DNA of 64,000 nucleotides. Origin: Bacteroidota bacterium. Lineage in GTDB: Bacteria; Bacteroidota; Ignavibacteria; UBA10030. The stretch covers positions 7,245 to 71,244 of the forward strand of contig JBGFRR010000151.1 in assembly GCA_041695045.1 (NCBI GenBank), read 5' to 3'. The translations under genes were made by a program, and so were the position numbers. Below are positions 17,175-26,270 of this stretch, in pieces. The notes below the pieces were generated by a model, which saw only the letters and a list, made by a program, of their open reading frames with translations, searched no databases and was not told the DNA's origin. Position 1 is the stretch's first letter. Every line of letters begins with the position of its first letter.

Positions 17175-19049
17175 ATGGCTCACATTCACACAAACGATCA
17201 TTCAGGATTCACATTGTGGTTTACGGGTCTTTCAGGTGCCGGAAAGTCGATGATCACACAGGTGCTGCTGAAACGTTTGTACGGGCGCGGCATTGTGCGC
17301 ACGGAAGTACTCGACGGAGATGAAGTTCGATTGCACCTGAGCAAGGGACTCGGCTTTTCGAAAGAGGATCGCGACACCAACATCCGCCGAATCGGTTACG
17401 TGGCGAAGCTGCTATCCCGAAACGGTGTGGCGGTTCTTGTCGCCGCCATTTCTCCCTACCGCACCATCCGTGAGGAGGTGAGAAGCCAGCACGAGCGCTT
17501 CGTTGAGGTCTTTGTCACTGCACCGTTGGAGACCCTGATTCAACGCGATGCGAAGGGATTGTATAAGAAGGCGTTCGCCGGGGCCATCACGAACTTCACC
17601 GGCATCTCCGACCCCTACGAACCGCCCGAACGGCCCGAAGTGATTCTTCGCACCGAACGAGAATCGCTTGAGCTGAGTGTGAATAAAGTGCTTCGAGCGC
17701 TCGAATTGTTAGGCTACATAGCCGAGGGGGAGACAAATCTGTCGGAACAGGATGAGGAAGAGCTGTTGCAACAGCTTCAGAGTGCCGGACACAACGTGCG
17801 CGCCCACTCGACCGATGACTGGATTTCTGTGAAGGAACCGAACGAATCTGCAAGCGGAGTAGACGTCCCACCCAACAACAGTATCGAAATCATCACCCCG
17901 CACGGAGGCACGTTGATCTCCCGTTTTCTCCCCGAAGCTGAACGCCGGCGTGCTCTCGACCGATTGGAGCAATTCCCCTCGCTGACGATTGGACGGAGAG
18001 AATGGTCGGACATCGAGCTGATCGCAACCGGCGGATACTCTCCGTTGACCGGCTTTGTGGATCACCGCGAGTACCGCAGCATCATCACCCACGGTCGATT
18101 GAGTTCCGGATTTGCGTGGACGATTCCCATCTTGCTTCTTGTGAATGATGATGAGCGTGATGCGATACGCGGACGCGATGAAGTCCTTCTTCGGGACATT
18201 AACGGCAAGAATCTCGCTCTCCTCCACGTTGAAGGTCTCTTCACCGTTGACAAGGAGGAATTAGCAAACGCCGTCTGGCGTACAACAGACTCAGTCCATC
18301 CGGGAGTGAGTGCGCTGTTCGAGGCAGGGAGCCACGCGCTCGCCGGGGCCGTCGATCTCATCGCTCTTGCTGATAATCATCCCTTCGCTTCGCTGCGACT
18401 CACCCCTGCTCAGACGCGATCCTCTTTCCAGCAGCGAGGATGGAAGACGGTTGCGGCGTTTCAAACAAGAAATCCGATCCACCGCGCACACGAATACATC
18501 CAGAAGATCGCTCTCGAACTCGTGGACGGACTCCTGCTTCATCCCTTAGTTGGAGAGACCAAGGGGGACGACATCCCGGCAGAAATTCGCATCGCCTGCT
18601 ATCAAGTACTGCTTGAAGAATATTTTCCAAAGCATCGGGTTCTCCTTTCTGTGATGCCCGCGGCGATGCGGTATGCAGGACCGAGCGAGGCGATCCATCA
18701 CGCGATCATCCGACAGAACTACGGCTGCTCACATTTCATTGTCGGGCGCGATCACGCCGGCGTCGGATCGTACTATGGAACCTACGATGCACAACGGATC
18801 TTCGACCGTTACACTCGCGAAGAACTGGCCATTGTGCCTCTGAAGTTCGAGCACACATTCTTTTGCAGGCGCTGCGGTGGGATGGCATCCGAGAAAACGT
18901 GCCCGCATCAGAACGACGAACGGCTCATTTTGAGCGGCACGAAGGTGCGCGAATTGTTGCAACTCGGACTCGACTTGCCGGAGGAATATTCGCGCCCTGA
19001 GGTCGTTGCAATCTTGCGCAAAGCATATAACAAACAGCTCGTCTCTTGA
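17175..19049 (+). CDS. bifunctional APS kinase (N-terminal) / sulfate adenylyltransferase (C-terminal), PAPS-synthase-like order
   Basis: The N-terminal part has LWFTGLSGAGKS, LDGDEVR and FSKEDRDTNIRR (CysC). The C-terminal part has QTRNPIHRAHE and HFIVGRDHAG (Sat). Confidence 0.85.
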   Translation: MAHIHTNDHSGFTLWFTGLSGAGKSMITQVLLKRLYGRGIVRTEVLDGDEVRLHLSKGLGFSKEDRDTNIRRIGYVAKLLSRNGVAVLVAAISPYRTIREEVRSQHERFVEVFVTAPLETLIQRDAKGLYKKAFAGAITNFTGISDPYEPPERPEVILRTERESLELSVNKVLRALELLGYIAEGETNLSEQDEEELLQQLQSAGHNVRAHSTDDWISVKEPNESASGVDVPPNNSIEIITPHGGTLISRFLPEAERRRALDRLEQFPSLTIGRREWSDIELIATGGYSPLTGFVDHREYRSIITHGRLSSGFAWTIPILLLVNDDERDAIRGRDEVLLRDINGKNLALLHVEGLFTVDKEELANAVWRTTDSVHPGVSALFEAGSHALAGAVDLIALADNHPFASLRLTPAQTRSSFQQRGWKTVAAFQTRNPIHRAHEYIQKIALELVDGLLLHPLVGETKGDDIPAEIRIACYQVLLEEYFPKHRVLLSVMPAAMRYAGPSEAIHHAIIRQNYGCSHFIVGRDHAGVGSYYGTYDAQRIFDRYTREELAIVPLKFEHTFFCRRCGGMASEKTCPHQNDERLILSGTKVRELLQLGLDLPEEYSRPEVVAILRKAYNKQLVS

Positions 19050-19079
19050 AGCACACGATCATGTGAGAATGGAGAAGAT

Positions 19080-20471
19080 ATGAACACGCTGTATCCTGCC
19101 TTCCTGAAGTTAGAGGGCAAACCTGTGCTCGTTGTGGGCGGAGGAGCAGTTGCCGAGCAGAAGATTACCGGCTTGCTCGAAAGCCGGGCTGATGTGACGG
19201 TCATCGCGCCTGAAGCATCGGCGAGCATTCTTCAACTTGCCGCGCAAGGACGTCTCACACTTCAATCCAGAGCTTTTCAGCCGACGGACACAGCGGGCTT
19301 TCATCTCGTCATCGGCGCAACAGACGATCGTGCCGTCCAACACGCCGTGTTTATGGATGCACAACGACAAGGCATCCCCGTCAATATTGTTGATGTGCCG
19401 GAGCTATGCTCGTTCTACACGGCGTCCATTTTTCGAAAGGGAGATTTGAGCATTGCGGTGTCCACGAATGGAAAGAGTCCGACACTCGGCAAGCTCATCC
19501 GTGATCGCATTCGCGAGCGCTTCGAGCGCGGGTACCCCGAATTGCTTGAACGACTTGGCGCTATTCGCGCCGATGTGCTCGAATTGTTTCCCGACTATGC
19601 ATCGTGCAAAACGTACTTCGAGCAGCTCGTTCAGGCAGAGGTGAAGGTACTGGAGCTTCGGCATAATGATGATGAAGTCGGCCGACGGAAGAATCAAACA
19701 AAGACCGGCAAGGTGTGGCTTGTGGGCGCCGGACCCGGTGATCCGGAGTTGATTTCCGTGAAGGGTCTTCGCATTCTTCGCACTGCCGATGTCGTGATCT
19801 ACGATGCGCTTGTCGGTTCCGACCTTCTTCGGGAAGTTCCATCCTCTGCCGAAAAGCACTTTGTGGGCAAACGCGCCGGTCGGCATTGCGTAAGTCAGAG
19901 TGAAATCAATGCGCTGCTCATCAAGCACGCGCGGGAAGGGAAGATCGTTGTTCGGTTGAAAGGTGGCGATCCCTTCATTTTTGGAAGAGGGGGTGAGGAG
20001 TTGGAGGCACTGAAAGCCGAAGGCATAGAGGTTGAAATCGTTCCGGGTATTACGGCGGGAACAGGGGTTCCGGCTTCCGTGGGAATACCGGTGACGCACC
20101 GGCAAATCTCATCGAGCGTTGCATTCGTCGCCGGACACCGTTGCGCAAGCTCGACGCAGAAACCGATTGATTGGAAGGCGTTGCGGTCTATTGACACAGT
20201 GGTGATCTATATGGGCATCCGCAGCATCCGGTCAGTGACTGATGAAATGTTGGAAGCTGGCTATGATCCTGAACTTCCCGCCGCGGCAATTTTCGGTGGA
20301 ACAATGATAGAGGAAGTCATCGTCACAGACACACTTGCCAATCTTGCCGATGGCATCCGGAACATTACGACAACGTTGCCCGGGCTTATTATTGTGGGAG
20401 AGGTTGTGAGGACATTGAGCAATCGGGAGAAGAACCAACCGGAGGAGGTTGAATATCTTGCGGCACATTAA
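19080..20471 (+). CDS. cysG: siroheme synthase (precorrin-2 dehydrogenase/ferrochelatase plus uroporphyrinogen-III C-methyltransferase)
   Basis: The N-terminal part has the VLVVGGGAVAEQK Rossmann motif. The C-terminal part has VWLVGAGPGDPELISVKG, RLKGGDPFIFGRGGEE and VPGITA. Confidence 0.8.
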   Translation: MNTLYPAFLKLEGKPVLVVGGGAVAEQKITGLLESRADVTVIAPEASASILQLAAQGRLTLQSRAFQPTDTAGFHLVIGATDDRAVQHAVFMDAQRQGIPVNIVDVPELCSFYTASIFRKGDLSIAVSTNGKSPTLGKLIRDRIRERFERGYPELLERLGAIRADVLELFPDYASCKTYFEQLVQAEVKVLELRHNDDEVGRRKNQTKTGKVWLVGAGPGDPELISVKGLRILRTADVVIYDALVGSDLLREVPSSAEKHFVGKRAGRHCVSQSEINALLIKHAREGKIVVRLKGGDPFIFGRGGEELEALKAEGIEVEIVPGITAGTGVPASVGIPVTHRQISSSVAFVAGHRCASSTQKPIDWKALRSIDTVVIYMGIRSIRSVTDEMLEAGYDPELPAAAIFGGTMIEEVIVTDTLANLADGIRNITTTLPGLIIVGEVVRTLSNREKNQPEEVEYLAAH

Positions 20472-20718
20472 ACAGAGCGGAAGCGAGAAGCAGTGCCGCA
20501 TCAACGGATGCGACAAACCCCTTGCGACGGCGGGACTCTGCTGGATGCACTACATGCGCGCTCGACGGAACGGAGACGCACACACGACGCACCGTGTCTA
20601 CCGCAAGCACCACGAATGCCGCTATTGCGGTACGAGGGTGCAATCAGCGTTCTACGCGAACTACAAAGGGATTTGCAAAATTTGTTGGAAGCTTAAGAGG
20701 ATAGGAAAGTTGAGGTGA
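20458..20718 (+). CDS. small double zinc-ribbon protein (hypothetical)
   Basis: CRINGCDKPLATAGLCWMHYMRARRNG followed by ECRYCG...CKICW. There is no ATG; TTG 20458 lies 9 nt after GGAGGAGG (20441-20448), and TTG 20449 is an alternative. The ORF overlaps the cysG 3' end. Confidence 0.4.
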   Translation: MRHIKQSGSEKQCRINGCDKPLATAGLCWMHYMRARRNGDAHTTHRVYRKHHECRYCGTRVQSAFYANYKGICKICWKLKRIGKLR

Positions 20719-20861
20719 GGGAGCGACGCAGTGCTTGAATCGGACCTACTCTTTTGAAATCCGCTCACGTGGGCAAGCCACCCGCCAGAATGCGAAGCGG
20801 GCTGGCAACCAAAAATTGAAATGGTAAAAAAAAGGGCTGTAATCCCTCGGGTATTTATGAA

Positions 20862-21611
20862 ATGATCGATCCGGATATTCTTATTTTTATTCTTTTCGGT
20901 TTTGTTGCCCAAATGATTGACGGCTGCCTCGGTATGGCCTATGGGGTAGCGTCAACTACTTTTCTTCTCAGCCTCGGGGTTCCTCCTGCGGTTGCAAGCG
21001 CCTGTGTTCATACCTCCGAGGTTTTCACCACAGGTGCCTCGGGGATTTCCCACTTCAAGTTCGGCAATGTGAACCGGAATATTTTCTTAAGGCTTCTGAT
21101 CCCGGGAGTAACCGGAGGCGTGACCGGCGCCTATATCCTTACCGAGTTGCCAGGGGACAAAATAAAGCCCTTCATCTCTCTTTATCTATTGATCATGGGC
21201 GTGATGATTCTCATCAATGTCTTCAGAAAAACTAACTTGAAAAAGACGAATATGAGATTAGCCCCATTAGGATTGCTCGGAGGTTTTTTTGATGCCATCG
21301 GAGGAGGCTGGGGATCAATCGTCACGACCACCTTGGTCGCCAACGGCAACCAGCCCCGTTTCGCAATCGGGTCCGTCAATTCGGCGGAATTTTTTGTCAC
21401 CATCACCATATCCATCACCTTTATGTTCACCATCGGGATGTCATTAATGCAACACTGGGAAAAAATTGCCGGCCTCCTCATAGGAGGGATTCTTGCTGCC
21501 CCCTTTGCTGCCTATGTCTGCAAAAGGGCCCCGACACGAATCTTGATGGTGATGGTCGGGCTGCTGATCATCGGTTTAAGCGCCAGAGTCATCTACCGGA
21601 ACTGGTTTTAA
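20862..21611 (+). CDS. TSUP (TauE/SafE) family anion permease
   Basis: 249 aa and hydrophobic throughout, with the duplicated 4-TM repeat pattern (DGCLGMAYGV...; FDAIGGGWGSIV). Confidence 0.8.
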   Translation: MIDPDILIFILFGFVAQMIDGCLGMAYGVASTTFLLSLGVPPAVASACVHTSEVFTTGASGISHFKFGNVNRNIFLRLLIPGVTGGVTGAYILTELPGDKIKPFISLYLLIMGVMILINVFRKTNLKKTNMRLAPLGLLGGFFDAIGGGWGSIVTTTLVANGNQPRFAIGSVNSAEFFVTITISITFMFTIGMSLMQHWEKIAGLLIGGILAAPFAAYVCKRAPTRILMVMVGLLIIGLSARVIYRNWF

Positions 21612-21735
21612 AGAAAATGGGCGATGGGGTTCTCGATCGCCTTCGCAAAGGGAGAACATCTTCCTGCAATACTTAGATACTGTCAAATTGTCTCTCATTC
21701 ATGGTTTCAGCGCCACTACACCGGGGCGCGCACGG

Positions 21736-22623
21736 CTACACCCCATCCTGAACAAAATTGGCGCCGTGTTTCATGCACCACTCGGCACGTGCTAACTCCT
21801 TGCCGAGGTAGGCCGCGTGATCAAGCTGCGATACCCAGCTGTTGCGGATCAAGGTGAGGTAGATGCTGCGGGCGTCGCGACCCTCGATGACATGCAACAG
21901 TTGTTCGTCGTAACCGTAGTGTTCGACCGCCAGCGCATCACCGATGACATGGATCACGAAGTAGCCGGCCTTGTCGAGCGTGATGCGCTTTGGGTCGGTG
22001 GCGGTGGCGATCACGTGTTCGGCCTCTATCTGACCGGCTGGGGCAGGCGCGCGCTTGAATTCGCCCGCCCCGGCTTCGCTGTGCGGGCCGGGGGGCGCGG
22101 GCTGCACCTCGGCTGCCAACTCCTTCGCTCGGGCGTGGATAGCGGCGACGTCCGTGCAGCCGATCATGTCGATTGGTTGCACCTGGTCGCGAAAGGTCCG
22201 CACCTCGGTAGCAGACGTGTTTGGCAGGATCGGGCGCACGCCGGGGGCTTCCGGTATCCTGTGGTTCTCATCGATGCCGTTGGCGAATAGCGCTAACATC
22301 GTCGCGCCGCTCAGATGCCTGGGCGGCTCGCTGCCCGCGCAAATCAGATAACGGATGGCAGGATTCGACACTGTGTTCTTGACGATCTTCTCGATGCCGA
22401 TGTTCTCGGTCTCAAGCTTGCCGACAATGCACAGCCCCTCCGGCGGGTCGTGGCTGACGGCTTCGGCCAAGGCGACACTGCCCAGCGTCGTCACGGCCAC
22501 AGGGGCAGCCGGATCGGTAACGAAATAGGTACCGGGCACATAGGGCCAAGTCTTGCGCTTCGCCTTGGTGCTCGCAAAGGTGCGGCTCAGGAAAAATCCA
22601 AAATCTTCCATCCTGGTTGGCAT
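21736..22623 (-). CDS. MtrA-like corrinoid-binding domain fused to DUF4346
   Basis: KTWPYVPGTYFV...VAVTTLGS...ETENIGIEKIVKNTVSNPAIRYLICAGSEPPRHLSG...FRDQVQPIDMIG matches tetrahydromethanopterin S-methyltransferase subunit A. The C-terminal LDKAGYFVI...HAAYLGKELARAE matches DUF4346. Local GC is very high. Confidence 0.75.
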   Translation of the reverse strand: MPTRMEDFGFFLSRTFASTKAKRKTWPYVPGTYFVTDPAAPVAVTTLGSVALAEAVSHDPPEGLCIVGKLETENIGIEKIVKNTVSNPAIRYLICAGSEPPRHLSGATMLALFANGIDENHRIPEAPGVRPILPNTSATEVRTFRDQVQPIDMIGCTDVAAIHARAKELAAEVQPAPPGPHSEAGAGEFKRAPAPAGQIEAEHVIATATDPKRITLDKAGYFVIHVIGDALAVEHYGYDEQLLHVIEGRDARSIYLTLIRNSWVSQLDHAAYLGKELARAEWCMKHGANFVQDGV

Positions 22624-22715
22624 CAATCATCCTTGTGTTTTGTCGTGAGATCGGATGTGGGAACGAGCATCCCGTCCCGAAGAGCGTTCGGGACGGGACT
22701 CCCTCCCTTTCTCGT

Positions 22716-23377
22716 TCATGGCTTCACTGCCACCAGCGCGACCGCGCCTAAATGGTCCGCATAGCGCTCGAAGATGGCGCGCATTTGAAGTACACGTTTG
22801 CGCGCCGCGGGCGTGCGTTCACGCGGACGACGCGCGCCAACTCGCGCTGCACCTCCTGTTTCAGATCCTCGGCTAGGTTGTCCGGCTTCAGGCAGAGTTC
22901 ATGGATGCCGTAGCGCCCGCCCGCTTTCAACAAGCGCGCCGCCTCCTGCACAATCAGGAGTTTTTGCGCATCCGCCTGCATGGTCAGCATGGCCTCGCCA
23001 TAGACTACCGACGCGCACTCCGGATCCAGCCCGCTGTGCCGGGCGTCTGCCACAATGATGCGCCGTAAAGGGCCATCTAAAACGCGGCGCGTCTCGGCCG
23101 CAGCCGTTTCATCGCGCTCGACGCCCGTGTAACTGCGAGGCCGGTGCTGTAGCACCACCCCGGCCGTGAACCCCAGACCCGGCGCGAATTCAACTACGTC
23201 ATCTTCAGCGGTGATGTTCAACGCCGCCACTAACTTTTCAGTCAGTTCGCGTCCGCCGGGGCGCAGCACCCGCCGGCCCATGCGCGCTAACAGCCAATGG
23301 CCAGGCGCCCTCTCGAGATCAGGGACGATGTGCGCCAGCGAGGCGTGTTCTTCAGGTTGTTCATTCATTATGTTCAA
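22716..23377 (-). pseudogene. class I SAM-dependent methyltransferase with apparent internal deletion/frameshift near the 3' end
   Basis: Motif I (VVEFAPGLGF) and LKAGGRYGIHEL are present. After RVNARP the annotated frame runs into unrelated sequence (stop at 22748). A second frame, ending at 22716, encodes RKRVLQMRAIFERYADHLGAVALVAVKP. Confidence 0.55.
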
Positions 23378-25080
23378 TGCCTCTCAGGATGTCGGTGATG
23401 AATTGGTTTTGGTACGGAAATGATTCCTGCAGGCAGCGGTTGATTGTTGAAGTGCGCTATCGCAATTCGAATCTGCTCGTCCACCCACCGCTCGAACATT
23501 GGGTGCGGAGCAAAACCTTTGCCGTTGTAAACATAGCTCAGTCCTTCGAGCCAGTCCTCCTCTCGTCCGCCGCGAGTTGTTCTGGCAGGGATGACGATTG
23601 CTGTGCCGCCATCTTCCGATGCTCGTTGAACCATTGCTCGGATGTTGTGAATGGCTTTCTCTCGAAGCTCCGGCCAATCCTCGCGCCAGGTAGCAAACTG
23701 AATATCGCGAAAGTGTCGCGCTTTCAGGTGTGCCACTGTCTGCATGTGCGAAGCGATGATGGCGAGGTTGTTTTCCCAGTGCTTGTTTGCCTCTTCATCA
23801 TCTGTGCCGTGGGCGAGGAGAATGATCGTCTCCTTCTTCGGCTCTTTGCTGACTTCGAGTGCACGGTCGAGCAGCGCTTCTGCAAACAACGGGCTTGCTT
23901 CAACGCCACCAAGGGTAAAGAGTGCACAAGAGGTACGGATTCTCTGCGGCGGCTTCCCGTGGTTGCCGTGTCCGTGGCCGGCGTGGCCTAAGCGCTCTTG
24001 TAAACCCAGGACATACTCGGTGACCTCTCTGAAGCTCGATTCGAGCGAAAACACGCGCACGACAACAATGGCTCGGGCGCCGCGTTGCTCCAATTTTCTC
24101 ACTGCCCTCTCCATGAGAAAGGGATCGCCCATTCCAAAGGCCGGTTCGATTATGTATCGCAACTGATGTGAGCCAATGGCATCCATCATTCTCCGATTCC
24201 AGTTATAGTTGGCGCCGTGCGGCATGAACACGACCCCAAGGTTCTCTGGCGTAATAGGCAAATGCGCGTTTGAGCGTTGAGCAAGCCAGAGTGCTACATT
24301 GGGATGCGGCGTAAGATCCTGTCCATCAAACACTCCACCGTACTTTTGAATCAGCGACTTGAGACGTGCGCCAAGGGACATCATACCGTCTGCTTTCCAG
24401 CCAAAGTCAAAAGGAACAACAATGGGCTGAAGCTTTTTCGCTTGTGCAGAGGCAAGAGCGTCTTCGAGAGATTTCCAAGGGGAGGCGCCACGCTGTCTGT
24501 CCTTGAGCGCGACCTCCATATATCCGGCAAAGGGATAGCGATCCTCGATGTACGCACGATAACGCTTCATATCTTCGGAAATCAAAGCTGCTTCTTGATC
24601 GTCTCGTGCTCCCTGCGCAACGAGAATCAACATTTCTTTGGACGGATTTTTGCTCAGTCCCTCTAACCGGTCGGATAAGATTTCCGAGATCAGGTAGGTT
24701 CCTGTGTGCTTTTGGGAAATCGTTATCGACAGGTCGGTGAGAGAAGAGGTCTTGTTCGAGAGAGTCGTTTCAATGTGTTTCCACATTGGATGATGGAGCG
24801 AGAGAAAGAGAGGTAGGACAACCACCCTCTTTGCTCCTGCCGCGTGCACTTGCGAAAGACCTTCTTTAAGAAAGCGCTCCGTTTCTTCGCGGGTTGCGAA
24901 GACAAGAGCGGCATTGAACTGCTTTCGGTACTCTTCGAATGCGTCGCGCAGCTCTTCATTTCCCATAAAACCCCGGTCGGGCGCGACGATGAGGAAACCG
25001 GTTTCGTACGCCTTGTCCGCTGCTACCGTCAGGGCAAATGCGAGCAGTTGGCAGGCAAGAATTTTTCTAAACAATCCCAT
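23374..25080 (-). CDS. secreted protein built from four tandem CbiX/CbiK-like (class II chelatase) half-domains
   Basis: Signal peptide MGLFRKILACQLLAFALTVAA. The four repeats begin FLIVAPDRG, LILVAQGARD, VVFMPHGAN and IILLAHGTDD, and each is followed by a ..VVV(L)P.. strand. Its stop overlaps the methyltransferase start (ATGA). Confidence 0.65.
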   Translation of the reverse strand: MGLFRKILACQLLAFALTVAADKAYETGFLIVAPDRGFMGNEELRDAFEEYRKQFNAALVFATREETERFLKEGLSQVHAAGAKRVVVLPLFLSLHHPMWKHIETTLSNKTSSLTDLSITISQKHTGTYLISEILSDRLEGLSKNPSKEMLILVAQGARDDQEAALISEDMKRYRAYIEDRYPFAGYMEVALKDRQRGASPWKSLEDALASAQAKKLQPIVVPFDFGWKADGMMSLGARLKSLIQKYGGVFDGQDLTPHPNVALWLAQRSNAHLPITPENLGVVFMPHGANYNWNRRMMDAIGSHQLRYIIEPAFGMGDPFLMERAVRKLEQRGARAIVVVRVFSLESSFREVTEYVLGLQERLGHAGHGHGNHGKPPQRIRTSCALFTLGGVEASPLFAEALLDRALEVSKEPKKETIILLAHGTDDEEANKHWENNLAIIASHMQTVAHLKARHFRDIQFATWREDWPELREKAIHNIRAMVQRASEDGGTAIVIPARTTRGGREEDWLEGLSYVYNGKGFAPHPMFERWVDEQIRIAIAHFNNQPLPAGIISVPKPIHHRHPERH

Positions 25081-25096
25081 AGCGCTTCTCCTTCGG

Positions 25097-25681
25097 TCAG
25101 TTCCGTTGTATGTGGCTTCTCACATGCTCAATAACAAGCGATGAAATTAATCCTATGTCGTACGGCCATGCGTAGATGACGACGGTACCGATATCAGGAT
25201 GCTGCTCCTTGAAGCTCTGAATCGAACGGGGGATATCCTTTTCTGAGTGGCTGCCGCCGGGCGTGATCATAATGCTCGTGACGATGATTGTATCAGGTCG
25301 TTCCTTCATCAGCTCGGCTAATGCGCTTTCCACGGTGGGCGCACACATCTCATTGAACGCGAACTGAACGGAACGAAACACTCCTGCCCGTTCAATTTCC
25401 CTCGCTATCTTGACGATGCCTGCCCAGTACTTATCATTCTGTTCATTCCGCGGCCAGTGTGCCATATCCTCTTTGATCTTCCGAGCCTCATCGATATTCT
25501 CGCGACGGAGCTTGAAATATTCGCTCAGCCTTGGAAAATCCGTCGCCACGCTACCATGCCCCACGAGCAGCAAGGACGTGGTCTTTGTACTCTTTGAAGT
25601 TGATACTTGACCCAACGCGCTTGAACACAAAACAAGCGTCATGAGAAACAACGTTACTGCAACGTGTTTGAACGATTTCAT
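25097..25681 (-). CDS. secreted single-domain CbiX-like sirohydrochlorin/cobalt chelatase homologue
   Basis: Start at MKSFKHVAVTLFLMTLVLCSSALGQ (signal peptide). It contains LLLVGHGS and ITPGGSHSEKDIP, both canonical His motifs. Confidence 0.7.
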   Translation of the reverse strand: MKSFKHVAVTLFLMTLVLCSSALGQVSTSKSTKTTSLLLVGHGSVATDFPRLSEYFKLRRENIDEARKIKEDMAHWPRNEQNDKYWAGIVKIAREIERAGVFRSVQFAFNEMCAPTVESALAELMKERPDTIIVTSIMITPGGSHSEKDIPRSIQSFKEQHPDIGTVVIYAWPYDIGLISSLVIEHVRSHIQRN

Positions 25682-25751
25682 TTCAGAGTCCTTTCTCATC
25701 GATGTCGTTGATAGGATAGACGGAATTTCAGCAGTACGAGAATTCTTGTCT

Positions 25752-26270
25752 TCACTGAAGCCTATGAGATCCATCCGGCTGATAAAAATACCGGAACGTG
25801 TAATACCGCGGCGGTACCGTCGGTATGCTGGTTGTTGCATCGTACGGAATCGGATTCGGCGCTCCCTTGTAATAACTCAGAATCTCGAGCTTCGCATACT
25901 TGCCGTCTGCTGTACGGAGAACGATGACGGTTCCTGGATTCGGAATGACCGCGTGCTTCGGCGGCGTGGGTGAAGCACCGGTGTACGTGAACCATCCGCT
26001 GATCGCCCTTCTTGTCAAGCTGTCTGTTACATACCCTGAAACCGGCGCAGTTGAAAGTGCATTGAAGTCTGTTCCCGTCATCACTATTGCCGCTGCACGT
26101 CCGGGTCCGCTCACTCCGCCGTTGATGATGATGGTGGTGGCACGAAACCCAAGATCCCATTTTGTTGTAGCCAAATCGGCATTCGATACAACCGAGCTAT
26201 CGCGTAAGCTGAAGAAGGTGAATCGACCACTCCTGGCAGTATCTGCGGGCAAATCTTTCACCAACGTCAC
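25752..26270 (-). CDS. HmuY-like heme-binding protein (N-terminus in another frame, see findings)
   Basis: RFTFFSLRDSSVV...KWDLGFRATTIIINGGVSGPG...YAKLEILSY resembles the HmuY family. The gene sits directly downstream of a TonB-dependent receptor, as in hmuYR loci. Confidence 0.55.
   Translation of the reverse strand: MTLVKDLPADTARSGRFTFFSLRDSSVVSNADLATTKWDLGFRATTIIINGGVSGPGRAAAIVMTGTDFNALSTAPVSGYVTDSLTRRAISGWFTYTGASPTPPKHAVIPNPGTVIVLRTADGKYAKLEILSYYKGAPNPIPYDATTSIPTVPPRYYTFRYFYQPDGSHRLQ

Noticed and set aside
21624-21857. 77-aa plus-strand ORF after the TSUP gene
   Set aside because: It overlaps the 3' end of the MtrA-like gene on the opposite strand and has no motif support.
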